Both the position numbers and the translations under genes were made by a program. A DNA stretch of 64,000 nucleotides from Squalus acanthias (taxonomy: Eukaryota), in the NCBI GenBank assembly GCA_030390025.1, contig CM059432.1:3224001-3288000 (forward strand). Reading direction: 5' to 3'. This document shows positions 50,857 through 63,445 of the stretch, piece by piece. The stretch's first letter is position 1. Each line of letters starts with the position of its first letter. Under the pieces are notes generated by a model that was given only the letters and a program-made list of their open reading frames with translations, did no database searches and was not told the origin of the DNA.

Positions 50857-52869
50857 TGATGTGTGTGTGTGTGGAAGGAGGCCATGGGGTCACGCGAGTG
50901 CAGTCAATGATGCCCTGGATTTGGGGGAACACCGCCATCCGTGTGAACCTCCGAGCCCTAGACCGTTGCTGACTGATGTCCACGGGGAATGTGATGAAAG
51001 GAGGGCGCTCTAATAAAACGGCATCAAGTCACCTGCTTTATGTAAGCAAGAACTGCATATTGACTGATGGTACGGATTTCATAGGAACATGGGAAAAGGA
51101 TATTCGGCCCCTCGGGCCTGTTCTGCCACTCAACGAGATCATGGCAGCCTGGAGGAGCCAGAGGTGAAGGAGCTCGGGGCTGCTGTGGCCTTGACTGGAG
51201 CAGCTATCCTGTGCTGGGTGCGGGAGCGGGTCGCAGACACAACTCTGTCACAGCCTCCCCTGGAGAAGTGCAGCCGCCTTCTGTACTACCGCTCAGAGAA
51301 CTGCGGGTACATTTGTCCTGGGCCCGTGGGGAGGGAAGGACTTCTGTCAGTAACACCTCCCCCCGCCCGCGATTTGCTCTCCCGAAGCTTCTCACTTTCT
51401 CTTGCCAACGTGGACTTGCCCGAAGGAACCCCTCGGAGGAACGAGAAACGGATTCGCCAGAAGCCGCTTAAGAGTTTCAGAAACGTCCTACAGCGATCTC
51501 AAGCGTTTGTGGGCGCGACCAGGAACGGGCGGCAGCAACAAGGGCGCGAGTGGGAAATGGCGGCAGGGGTCGTGACGACATCATCTGACCCCAAATTGCT
51601 GTTTTTTTGTTTTTTTTTTTAATTACACAGAATTTACAGCGCAGCAACAACTGGTCCGTGCCGGTGTTTATGCTCCACACGAGCCTCCTCCCACCCCTCT
51701 TCAGTACATAAATCCAGGCTGACACTCCCAGTGCAGTGCTGAGGGAGTGCTGCACTGTCGGAGGTGCCGTCGTTCAGATGAGACGTTAAACCGAAACCCC
51801 GTCTGCGCTCTCAGGTGGACGCAAAAGATCCCACGGCCACTATTTCGAAGACGAGCAGGGGGGAGTTCTCCCCCGGTGTCCTGGGGCCAATATTTATCCC
51901 TCATTCAACATCACTAAAACAGATTATCTGCTCATTTTCACACTGCTGTTTGTGGGAGCTTGCTGTGCGCAAATTGGCTGCCGCGTTTCCCACATTACAA
52001 CAGTGACTACACTTCAAAAAGTACTTCATTGGCTGTAAAGTGCTTTGGGACGTCCGGCGGTCGTGAAAGGCGCTATAGAAATGCAAGTCTGTCTTTCTTT
52101 TCTCTTCATCCCACCCTATCAGCATATCCTTCTATTCCGTTCTCCCTCACGTGTTTCTCTGTATAGAGTTAGTGAACCGTTGGCATTGCTTTACTGGGGT
52201 GCAGTGCCAGCTGGTGTGGTGGGCGCTGACTCTCTGCCTTCAGGAGGGAGCTGAACCGGTTCCTGACTGGGGCAAGAGAGCGCATCATAGAGAAGGCTGA
52301 CGTATGCACGTGCTCCTGGACTGGTTTCGATTGCCTGAGGAGGTCGGAGAGGAATCTTCCCCAGATTCCACCACCCCTCACCCTTTTGGTCCGGAGTTTC
52401 TTTAAGGTTTTTTTTTTGCCTCTCTCTGAAGGTTACATGTCTGCTGGGGAGGAAGTGTCTCGTCGTGACGCCCCAGGTATCACGAGTGCTGGGCAGTCTC
52501 GACGGACCAGCTGACCTTTTCCCTGCCCCGTTAGTTTCAGATGTTCGTTAAGGTGGGCTGAGGCCACGGTTAGGTCAGGCCAGGCCCAGCCTGTTTCCGG
52601 CAGGAGGCTCACACTGCCTTGCTTGGAGGCCCACCCGAGAACTGGAACGGGAGCAGCGAGTCGGCTCTTCAAATCGATTTTGGGTCCCGCTACCGCCCGG
52701 GTTCAGGTGCAAACAGGCGGATAAGAGGACCAGAAAACCGCACCCCACCCCCGCCCCGCTCTCCGAACTCTGCTCCAGGCTACTTCCTCACGGGCACATC
52801 CCGAGCCGGTTAATGGTTACGATTACACTGACGACTGGCAGGTGCCTCGTTAACCTCTGACCTCACCGT

Positions 52870-52896
52870 GGGGGGGGGGGGGGGGGGGGGGGGGGG
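52870..52896 (+). repeat. Poly-G run (27 nt)
   Basis: Read directly from the sequence. Confidence 0.9.
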
Positions 52897-53378
52897 AGGA
52901 GAAACAGCTTTTAAAATATTTGTCTATATCCGTAAGAAGTTATGACTGCGATAAACTCAACTTCACACGTAGAAAAAAGCGATTAAATATCGCGTAACAA
53001 GCAGAACAAGAGATTGCGATTTTACCTCAATTTTCACCTCAAAAATTAAAAAGATTGCTTGCCACGATTTTAAAATATTATACGCTCATGAAAGTCTTCA
53101 GGAAATCGAACGGAATCATTTTGTCAGCATTGTTGTGACAGTTAACATAACGAAGTGATGAGCAACGTCCTCGCTCTGAGCTGCGCGGCCGGGCAGCGCT
53201 CTGCAGCTCCCGCGCAGCCGGTTCACCGGCTGTTAAATCGGAAAGACCGCGCACGCGGGGTACTTTCAATGGGCCGCGCACCCCAAAAAGGTAAATTAAA
53301 TTGGTGAGGCAGGTCGGCACGCAATTAGCAAATCAGCAAAAGCTGGCTGAAGGAAAAGTGAAACCATACTCAACGTAC

Positions 53379-53521
53379 CGCTATCCGATGCCAGGAAAGT
53401 TGCATTGTACATGTTATTTTTAACGTAGGGAGACTCTCGGTCCAGCATCGCGATTGTGCTAATTTGGCCGTGGAGAGGGTCGATTTTTAGCCAGTTTGCA
53501 GGGTCTGACAGTTTTGAATAT
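53379..53521 (-). CDS. cdh2: N-cadherin coding exon (exon 11 equivalent, EC4), 143 bp
   Basis: [47 protein letters not shown](G); LDRE motif; acceptor ttttag, donor gtacgt; phases match the neighbouring exons. Confidence 0.96.
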
Positions 53522-55039
53522 CTAAAATTCAACAAAAAAATTAAGATTATGCATCAGGCCACTAGTTAAACTAAGTATTACTTATTGCATTAGAATGATG
53601 CAGCACAGGAGGAGGCCATTCAGCCCATCGTGCCTGTGCCGGCTCTTTGAACAGAGCTCTCCAATTAGTCCCACTCCCCCCTGCTCTTTCCCCATAGACC
53701 TGCAAATTTGTCCTTTAGTCGAAAAACACTCAAACCTACATTCTAAGAAGCCTGAAACAGTTCTTTAAAAGCACAGAACTTAACAAAAACAATTAGTTGA
53801 TCAAATAAATTCGGCATTAGTGCAGAGTAAACATAAGCAGCAAGAGCAGGAGGAGGCCGTACGGCCCCTCGAGCCTGCTCCGCCATTCAATAAGATCGTG
53901 GCTGATAAAACAGCTGTAACAACAGAAAATGCTGGAAACACTCAGCAGGTCAGGCAGCATCCGTGGAGAGAGAAACAGAGTCAACAACAACAACTTGTAT
54001 TGATATAGCGTCTTTAATGTAGTAAAACGTCCCAAGGTGCTGCACAGGAGTATTTTAAGACAAAAAATTTGACACCGAGCCACATAAGGATAAATTAGGG
54101 CAGGTGATCAAAAGCTTGGTCAAAGAGGTAGGTTTTAAGGAGCATCTTAAAGGAGGAGAGAGAGGTAGCGAGGCGGAGAGGTTTAGGGAGGGAATTCCAG
54201 AGCTTAGGGCCCAGGCAACAGAAGGCACGGCCACCAAAGGTTGAGCGATTATAACCAGGGATGCTCAAGAGGGCAGAATTAGAGGAGCGCAGATATCTCA
54301 GGGGGCTTTGGGGCTGAAGGAGATTACAGAGATAGGAAGGGGCGAGGCCGTGGAGGGATTTGAAAACAAGGATGAGAATTTTGAAATCGAGGTGTTGCTT
54401 AACCGGGAGCCAATGTTGGTCAGCGAGCACAGGGGCTGATGGGCGAACGGGACTTGGTGCGAGTTAGGACACGGGCAGCAGAGTTTGGGATGACCTCTAG
54501 TTTACGTAGGGTGGAATGTGGGAGGCCGGCCAGGAGTGCGTTGGAATAGTCAAGTCTAGAGGTAACAAAGGCACGGATGAGGGTTTCAGGTCTGTGATGA
54601 ACATTAACTCTGTTTCTCGCTCCACGGATGCTGCCTGGCCTGCTGAGTATTTCCAGCATTTTCTGTTGTTATTCCAGATTTCCAGCATCCGCAGTATTTT
54701 GCTATTGTATTAGTGCAGAGTGCTTTCTTTTCCATGGAGTCTGTGAAGCTTAGAGAGGCCAGACTTGCTCACATAGTTTTGACACAGAAACGTCAAAGAT
54801 CATCGTGGGAATGTCGGGTTGTGTGGTGTTGGTGGGGAAGCTCTCCATAAACAATATACACCATTGATTGAGACTGTTGGCTCAACGGTTACCATCCTGG
54901 GTTAAACCTGCCTCTTTGACCAAGCTTTTGGTCACCTGTCCTAGTATCTCTTTATGTGGCTCGGTGTCAACCTTTTGTTTGATAACGCTCCTGTGAAGCG
55001 TCTTGGGACATTTTACTACGTTATAGACGCTATAAAAGA

Positions 55040-57290
55040 ACTTAAGAAATAAGAGGAGTAGGCCATACGGCCCCTCGAGCCTGCTCCTCCATTCAATAAG
55101 ATCATGGCTGATCATCGACCTCAACTCCACTTTCCCACCCGATCTCCATATCCCTCGATTCCCCTAGAGTCAATAATCTATCGATCTCAGCCTTGAATAT
55201 ACTCAACGACTGAGCATCCACAGTCCTCTGGGGCAGAGAATTCCATAGATTCACCACCCTCTGAGTGAAGAAATTCCTCCTCATCTCAGTCTTAAATGGC
55301 TGACCCCTTATCCTGAGACTATGCCCCCTAGTTCTAGACTCTCCAGCCAGGGGAAACTACCTCTCAGCATCTACCCTGTCAATCCCCCCTCAGTATCTTA
55401 TATGTTTCAATGAGATCACCTCTCATTCTTCTAAACTCCAGAGAGTATAGGCCCAGTCTACTCGATCTCTCCTCATGGAACAACCCTCTCATTCTCAGGC
55501 TCGAAGGGCCGTATGGCCGACTCCTGCTCCTAATTCTTATGTTCTTGTGTCACTAAAGCTACTGTGCTATTCTACAAGGCACCAACATGCAGGAAGGCTG
55601 AATTGCAGATTCGCTGTCGCAATGACTTGTGGTATGTGCCTGCTCCTACTGAACCAGTCGGAGGAATTAAATATATAGAATTATATTGAATTTACAGCAC
55701 AGAAACAGGCCATTCGGCCCAACTGGTCCGTGCCGGTGTTTATGCTCCACACGAGCCTCCTCCCACCCTACTTCATCTCACTCCAGCAACATATCTTTCT
55801 ATTCCTTTCTCCCTCATGTGTTTATCCAGCTTCCCTTAAATGCATCTGTGCTATTCGCCTCAACCACTCCCTGTGGGAGCGAGTTCCACATTCTCACCAC
55901 TCTCTGGGTGAAGGAGTTTCTCCTGAATTCCCTATTGGATTTATTGGTGATGATCTTATATTGATGACCCCTAGTTCTGGATTATCCACAAGTGGAAACA
56001 TCTTCTCTACGTCTACCCTATCGAACCCCTTCATTATTTTAAACACCTCTAATAGGTCACATCTCAGCCTTCTCCTTTCTAGAGAAAAGAGCCCCGGTCT
56101 GTTCAGTCTTTCCTGACAAGTTATATTGTCTAGTCCTTAAACAATAGGTGGCTAAGAAATCTTGAAGAAATGCTCAGCCACATCCTGCACTGTAAATTAT
56201 ACCTGCCACCAGAGATCGAAGCTGGCTACAAAGATCTCAACATTAAACTGCTCCTTGAACACGACGTGGAGAATAGGGTTGAACACTATATTCTTCAGGT
56301 ACTGCATCGATAGCCACGCCCATGGCCTGTTCCTTTTAATATCTCAAGGACCTATCCTCCCCAGTGTATTCAGTGTAATGAAACGCAGGCTCCATAAGGT
56401 TGAATAAATATTCATGAAGCCATCCATTGCTTCAGGCTAAAATTTATATCGTACCATCAGAATTTAATTGGGGAGGAAATGGCACACTACAAGCGCTGAA
56501 ACCATAAATAAAAACCGGACTTTTAAAAAAATAAAATAAAACTGCAGTAAGGCTCTGTGGAGTATATTAAAAATCGATGTCCACACCAGGTGCGCCAAAT
56601 AAAAGTTAATTAAAATGCAGTGACGGGAACTCGTGAATACAGCCTAAACATGGAAGAAATGTGTTGTGGAAGGGCATCTTTTAAAAATAAAGGTGAGGAA
56701 AAGGAAAGAAGAATATTCTGCCAGGACAATCCAAGTTTCCCCGACAATTATACTTTCAACGCCAATCAATTGGATTTAGCCTGGTAGAGGGAGTGCAATG
56801 AAGGTTCACTGGACTGGTTCCTGGGATGGGGGGATTGTCCCATGAGGACAGATTGAGTAGACTAGGCCTACATTCTCTAGAGTTTAGAAGAATGAGAGTT
56901 GATCTCATTGAAACATACAAAATTCTTACAGGGCTTGACAGGGTAGATGCAGGGAGGATGTTTCCCCTGGCTGGGGAGTCTAGAACCAGGGGTCACAGTC
57001 TCAGAATAAGGGGTCAGCCATTTAGGACTGAGATGAGGAGAAATTTCTTCACTCAGAGGGTGGTGAATCTTTGGAATTCTCTACCCCAGAGGGCTGTGGA
57101 GGCTCAGTCGTTAAGTATATTCAAGACAAAGATCGCTAGATTTTTGAATATTAAGGGAATCAAGAGATATGGGGATCGGGCGGGAAAGTGGAGTTGAGGT
57201 CGAAGATCAGCCATGATCTTATTGAATGGCGGAGCAGGCTCGAGGGGCCGTACGGCCGACTCCTGCTCCTAAATTCTTATGATTCTATGA
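55040..57290. mobile_element. CR1 3' fragments in cdh2 intron 10 (~55040-55550 -, ~55685-56120 -, ~56785-57290 +)
   Basis: RMR.DLIETYKIL.G.DRVDA..RTRGHSLRIRG..RRNFFTQRVVNLWNSLP; unique sequence lies between the fragments. Confidence 0.85.
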
Positions 57291-57329
57291 TACTAGATAT
57301 GTGAAGCATAAATCAAGAGGTTACTGTAC

Positions 57330-57583
57330 CTAAGGGTCTGCTGCATGTATCGATCGGGGTCCTCGGCTGTGAAGACGGTTAAGATTTTGCCTTCAGGAAG
57401 GCCCTCTTCCTGCCTGACCAGCTTTGGGTTCGGAACAAAGTACGGGGTCTCGTTCACATCAATCACGGTAATGGAGACGGTGGCCGTTGACTGAGGAGGA
57501 AGCTGAATGCCTTTGGTCAGAAGCACCTGATTTATGGCGATTACCGTCAGTACAAAGGCTCTGTTGGTTTCGTAATCAATAGG
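57330..57583 (-). CDS. cdh2: N-cadherin coding exon (exon 10 equivalent, EC3-EC4), 254 bp
   Basis: [62 protein letters not shown]...[10 protein letters not shown](R); acceptor ccctcag, donor gtacag; PPQSTATVS and PNPK..RQEEGL are CDH2-type rather than CDH4-type. Confidence 0.96.
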
Positions 57584-58444
57584 CTGAGGGAGGGGGGGGG
57601 GGGGGCGGGGAAAAAAAGCAGAGTTTTAAAAGTAAGTCGTCCACATGAAAATAATGTACGTTACTGCCTAACTGGTTTTTTTTTTTAATTCCTCAACTTA
57701 CGACAGCGGAACGAGACAAAAAAACATTTCCAGGATAGCCATTTGTAGAATGTTGACATCACAATAGATGTAAATTAAGTAACACATCAAATATTTAGTA
57801 GGTCATCTTAAATGGCTGGCCTTTAGTTGCTCCATAATCCAACATTATCCCTGTGAGTAATGGGGCTTTGCACATTTTTTTTTTAAATATGCATGATTGC
57901 TGCTATACAACAGCTGCAAAAATAACCCCGTTAATTTCTAGCATTAAGCCGACAGAGCATACGGGAACCCAATGGGCGCCCCACAAAGGAAGAGCTCGTG
58001 TTTATACAGCGCCCTTTCACCATCTCAGCACGCGCCAATGCGCTTTACAGCCAATGAAGAGCTTCGGGTTTTTTTTTTTTTTGGGAGTGCTGCGATACAG
58101 GAAACGCGGCTGCCAATCTGCGCACAGCAAGCTCCCACAAACAGCAATGCGACAATGACCGGCTCGCATCTGTTTCAGTGATGTCGGTTGAGAGATAAAT
58201 ATGGTGTTAAGATACAGATCCAGCCGTGATCTCATTGAATGGCAGAACAGTCTTGCGGGGCTGAATGGCCTCCTCCTGTTCCCGATTATAAGAAAGCATC
58301 ACCTTTGTTAGTTTGCAAGCGATGCTGTTTTGACTCAGTGTGAGCAGATTACAGTTAAGACTTTTCTGGCCAAGGGGCAGGGGCGTTCTCCTGGACAATA
58401 TTTATCCCTCAACCAACATTACTTAAAAAAAAACACCAATACCA

Positions 58445-58665
58445 GAGCAAAATACTGCGGAAGCTGGAAATCGGAAACAACAACAGAAAATGCTGGAGAC
58501 ACTCAGCGGGTCAGGCAGCATCTGTGGAGAGAGAAACAGAGTTAACGTTTCAGGTCGATGAACTCTCGTCAGAACTCCAAGTCACAGACCTGAAACGTTA
58601 ACTCTCGTTTCTCTCTCCACAATGCTGCCTGACCTGCTGAGTGTTTCTAGCATTTTCTGTTGTTA
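58445..58665. mobile_element. Inverted pair of Penelope family A terminal repeats
   Basis: - copy at ~58445-58576 and + copy at ~58581-58665; similar fold-backs or partial copies at ~2545-2657, 53918-53981/54598-54705 and 61995-62080. Confidence 0.8.
58538..58578 (-). ncRNA. Minimal hammerhead ribozyme motif (family A), sense to cdh2 intron 9
   Basis: Reverse complement reads GGAGTT-CTGACGA-GAGTTC-atc-GACCT-GAAA-CGTT-AACTCT; core intact, one mismatch in helix II. Confidence 0.6.
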
Positions 58666-59253
58666 TCACTAAAAAAAAAACCCAGAACAGATGATCCGGC
58701 CATTATCACGTCGCTGTTTGTGGGATCTTGCTGTGCGCAGATTGGCTGCCGCGATTCCCACATTGCAACAGCGACTACGCTCCAAAGATGCGCCTCGTCG
58801 GCTGTAAAGCGCTTTGGGACGCCCCGAGGCCGTGAAAGGCGCCACAGAAAAGCAAGGTTCCTTCTTTCTTTACGTGCTCTCTGACTCAAAGTCTCACAAA
58901 ACAGCCCTTAACGGACAAAATTAGACAAGGTGATGTTTCTGGTCGAGGAAAGGTGCTGGAGGAACTCTGGGAAAACAAAATCATACCATATCCGCTCGAG
59001 ACAGAAAAATCCGTTCACTCACTTAAAAACAAGAGAACAAACACATTCACTCTCAATGGAGGCACACTTCTCTTCCACAGGATTTGATTTTTGTAGGCGA
59101 GTTAGGTGAAGAGAGTCACTCAGTGGTTTAAAACACAAATGAAGTTTTTAAAATGTGGACATGAATAAAGATCAATTGTTTTCACACGAAGGAGTGATGG
59201 GTTTACAAGGAACTTCAGCAAAATTGTTTCATACTTCCCTCTAATCGGTTTGC

Positions 59254-60297
59254 CAATGCTCCCTTCAATTTTTTTTTGGGTGCACGGCCCCTTTAAGGGG
59301 CTGCGCGGCCCATTCAAAATACCCCGCACGCGCGGTTTTTCCGATTTAAAAACCGGCGAGGCAGCTGCCCAAGGGAGCAGCAGAGCGCGGCTTAAAGGGA
59401 ATGTCGCTCGCCAACCCTCCAGGAATGCCCTGGAGTCTCCAGGAGTTGAAGATTAATCTCCGGGACACGGTCGCGGGCAAAAACACGGGGAGAAAAATCA
59501 GAGGGGGCATTAAAAAAAATAAAACATTTCTTTGAAAACTTTTGTTTGTTAGTGATAAAAATATTGGACTTTGGTGGGCGGGAGGGGGTGAGGAAAGCTG
59601 TTTGACTGACAGTCAAGAATCATCCAATCAGATAACAGAGTCTATTCGCTTTCTGATTGGCATAGGTAGGCGGACACCGCGAGGATGGACATGCCGGGCG
59701 ACCAATGGCAGGAGTGGGGGGCAGGGCTGTTGGGAGGTCATGTGATGAAACCTCCAGGAACACGGCCAACCAGAGTCGGCAACCCCATGGGTGGAAAATT
59801 CGGTTGATTTGCGCGTCCCAAGGGGGCAAAATTAAGCGGGAGGTTAGCGGCGGCGGTAACCGTTGGCGCCCCGCGGCGCTGCGCCTCTGGCAATGACGTC
59901 ATCGCTGTGCCCAGCGCAAATTAAAGAGGTGGTGCCGGGCGGCCATTTTTGTTGCTGGCCGCCTGCCAGCACCTGCCCTGGTTGCTGTCCCCAGCCTCCT
60001 GTGAAGCCCGCCACACCACCAACCGCCCCCCCCCCCCCCCGCCCCGGCGGAGTGCCAGCTGTGCTCTGTGAGCCCGGCACTCCGATCCCTGGTGGCCCCG
60101 GGTCACACTGGGCTAGGCCCCTCCCCTTTAATAAGCGGAGTGTGGCGCTGCGGCATGTAGCGCCGCGATATTCACTCGCAGCGCCCCAAGAGGGAGGCGG
60201 GGGCACTTCCAGTGAATTTCGGGCGCAGGGGTGCTAACTTTTTTGGGGCGCTACTTGAAGTTAGCACCCCAAAGGGGGCGCAACTCAATTTTGCCCC
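59254..60297. mobile_element. Three adjacent MITEs: CAATG-type hAT (59254-59406), GGCAACCC-type hAT (~59407-59786) and a GC-rich Harbinger-type (59789-60297)
   Basis: The first two match copies elsewhere in the window; the third has imperfect TIRs gggtggaaaattcggttg / caactcaattttgcccc. Confidence 0.7.
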
Positions 60298-60381
60298 GCC
60301 CCCTAGTCTCTAGCCAAGTCTATAGGCAAGGAACGAAGAGTTTACAGCCATATATATCTGAAATGGAAGCACATCACAAAC

Positions 60382-60567
60382 CTTGACAACCGTCACCAGA
60401 CCGTCATTACTGACTGGATCAGTTGGAACAGTGAAGTGCCCTGTGGGATCACCACCAATTATTTTATAGGCTGCATTCCACGCAGGAGTATGAGGGTGAT
60501 CCTTATCGGTTACAGTCAGGTTTGAAATAATGATATCAATCCGGTTTTCCGGCACTTCTCCGTAGAA
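60382..60567 (-). CDS. cdh2: N-cadherin coding exon (exon 9 equivalent, EC3), 186 bp
   Basis: Translates [62 protein letters not shown]; acceptor tttctag, donor gtttgt; phase 0/0. Confidence 0.96.
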
Positions 60568-60822
60568 CTAGAAACAGAAAAAAAATCAAACGGTTAAGCT
60601 TCTAGACGATTACATCATGAAATGAGTATTTGCGTCAAATACAAAATAGTAGGTTTTCGGATCTGTTAACCTTTACAAAAACACAATTCCGAGAATGTTT
60701 CTTAAACTCATTCCTTCGGTCTAAATACTTAACCCTTCAATGTTACTGACAAATAAGACATCATCCAGAGCAGAGAACTGACTGTAATTTACCTGTAACA
60801 CCGCAGTGAATTAATACCAGTC

Positions 60823-61293
60823 AGCTGTGGCTCAGTGGGCAGCACCCTCGCCTCGGAGTCAGAAGGTCATGGGTTTAAGTCCCACTCCAGAGACTTGAGC
60901 ACAAAAATCTAGGCTGACACTCCCAGTGCAGTGCTGAGGGAGTGCCGCACTGTCGGAGGTGCCGTCTTTCGGATGAGATGTTAAACCGAGGCCCCGTCTG
61001 CCCCCCTCAGGTGGATGTAAAAGATCCCATGGCCACTATTTTGAAGAAGAGCAGGGGAGTTCTCCCCGGTGTCCCGGAGCCAATATTTATCCCTCAATCA
61101 ACATCACAAAAACCAGATAATCTGGTCATTATCACGTTGCTGTTTGTGGGAGCTTGCTGTGCAAAAATTAGCTGTCCTGTTTCCTACATTACAACAGTGA
61201 CTACACTTCAAAAACTACTTCATTGGCTGTAAAGCGCTTTGAGACATCCCGAGGTCATGAAAGACGCTGGAGAAATGCAAGTCTTTCTTTTTT
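60823..61293 (+). mobile_element. DeuSINE (SacSINE1-like), full length
   Basis: Head agctgtggctcagtgggcagc through tail gaaatgcaagtctttctttt. Confidence 0.88.
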
Positions 61294-62163
61294 AACTGGT
61301 TGGGGAAGATCTGTTGAAAAGTGTAAATTCTTTCCATAAAAAATAAATGATGATTTTAACTACCCTATAGGAACTCAAACCGCATTGCCTGGCTTTTTAA
61401 AAATTAAAATATAGCATTTTCATATCTCTCTCCGTAGATTTGCCTGAGTCAGAACAAGAAGGATGATCTGCTCCTTGGAATGTGTCAGTGTTGACTGAAG
61501 ACGACAATAAAGATGCATACAATGACACCGGGTCCCTGCGTGCACAGTGCAGGGGGAGGGGACGATGCACAGACAGGGCTCAGCACATTACCCTGACAGC
61601 ACAGCTCAAACTAAACTCGCCATCAGAGGTGTTGAACCAGTGTCTTATTGATCCAGGCAACAGATGCTGGGATAGCAAAATACTGCACACACTCAAGGCT
61701 CGTCTTAGAATCCTAGAATAGTACAGCACAGAAGGAGCCCATTCGGCCCATCCAGTCTGCGCCGGCTCTTTCGAAGAGCGACCCAGTTAGTCCCACTCCC
61801 CCTCGCTCTTTCCCCATAGCCCTGCAATGTTTTCTCCTTCCAGTATTTCTCCAATTCCCCTTTGAAGGCTACTATTGAATCTGTCTCCACCGCCCTATCA
61901 GGCAGCGCGTTCCAAATCCTAACCACTCGTTGCGTAAAAAAAGTTTTTCAGGTCGCCTCCGGTTCTTTTGCCAAATCACCTTAAATTTGAAAGATCACCG
62001 ACCTGAAACGTTAACTCTCTCTCTCTCTCTCTCTACTGATGCTGCCTGACCTGCTGAGTATTTCCAGCATTTTCTGGTTTTAAGTTCACCTTAAATCTGT
62101 TCCCTCTTGTTATATACTTTTTTTTAAATTAAAAAAAGCCCAATCTTGGTTTTGCAAAGCATA

Positions 62164-62557
62164 CACGGTGGCATAGTGGTTAGCACTGGTGCCTCACAGC
62201 GCCAGGGACCCGGGTTCGAATCTGGCCTCGGGTGACTGTCTGTGGGGAGTTTGCACATTCTCCCCGTGTCTGCGTGGGTTTCCTCCGGGTGCTCCGGTTT
62301 CCTCCCACAGTCCAAAAATGTGCGGGTTAGGTTGATTTGGCTATGATAAATTGACCCTTAGTATTAGGGGGGAATTAAATACGTGGGGTTACGGGGATAG
62401 GGTGGGATATGTGTCGGTGCAGGCTCGATGGGGATTCTGTGTGAGAAAGCAGGGACAGGGTACTGGATTTGGATGATCAGCCATGATCGTATTGAATGGT
62501 GGAGCAGGCTCGACGGGCCGAATGGCCTACTCCTGCTCCTAGTTTCTATGTTTCTAT
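62164..62557 (+). mobile_element. HE1-like V-SINE, full length
   Basis: tRNA head, V-domain and CR1-type tail; nearly identical to 33851-34262. Confidence 0.88.
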
Positions 62558-62864
62558 ACATTTTTTTTTATTATATAAAAAGGATTTGTACTGACAGTGT
62601 ACAGGTTTTTTTTTTAACCCAAACAACCGTCTGGTGACACTCGCTTCACACGGAACGCCTCACCGACCTGAAATATCATTGATCGCAGCAAATGTGTGAA
62701 TAGACTGTTTCAAACCAATACATGCCGATTAACACCTTTCACAAAGTACTCTGTTCAAATATAAATATAGATTTGCGGCAAAAAAAAGATCGAGAACGAC
62801 AAGAGGCATCGAGAGCGATGGGGGATGTCCAGCAAATTGTTTTACAAACACCACCGCAGTTTCC

Positions 62865-63445
62865 ATCGAATCGCACGGCACAGCAGGAGGCCATTCGGCC
62901 CATCGTGCCTGTGCCGGCTCTTTGAACAAGCTCTCCAATTAGTCCCACTCCCCCACCCCCTGCTCTTTCCCCACAGCCCTGCAATTTCCCCTGCCCGCCG
63001 CCCCACATCCCTTCGAAATATTTCTCCAATTCCCCTTGTGAAAGTCTCTATTGAATCTGCTTCCACCGCCCTTTCAGGCAGCGCGTTCCAGATCACAACA
63101 ACTCGCTGTGTTAAAAAAAAAAATTCTCCTCCTCTCCACTTTGGTTCTTTTACCAATTACATTAAATCTGTGCTCGTCTGCCAGTGGAAACAGTTTCTCC
63201 TTATTTACTCCATCAAAACCCCTCATGATTTTGAACACCTCTATAGACTCTCCTCTTAACCTTCTCTGCTCCAAGGAGAACAACCCCAGCTTCTCCAGTC
63301 TCTCCACCACGTAACTGAAGTGCCTCATCCCCGGCACCATTCTAGTAAATCTCCTCCGCACCCTCTCCAAGGCATTCAAATCCTTCCTAAAGTGCGGTGC
63401 CCAGAATTGGACACAATACTCCAGCTGGGGCCTAACCAGTGATTT
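62865..63445 (-). mobile_element. CR1 3' fragment (another at ~61705-61990)
   Basis: [41 protein letters not shown]. Confidence 0.88.

Noticed and set aside
57525..57545. AIN instead of AEN in EC3 as loss of calcium binding
   Set aside because: This position varies among classical cadherins; the Asn and the DYE, DVNE and DPD motifs are intact.
59844..60237. Pro/Gly-rich ORFs on both strands
   Set aside because: A by-product of a GC-rich MITE, with no splice or homology support.
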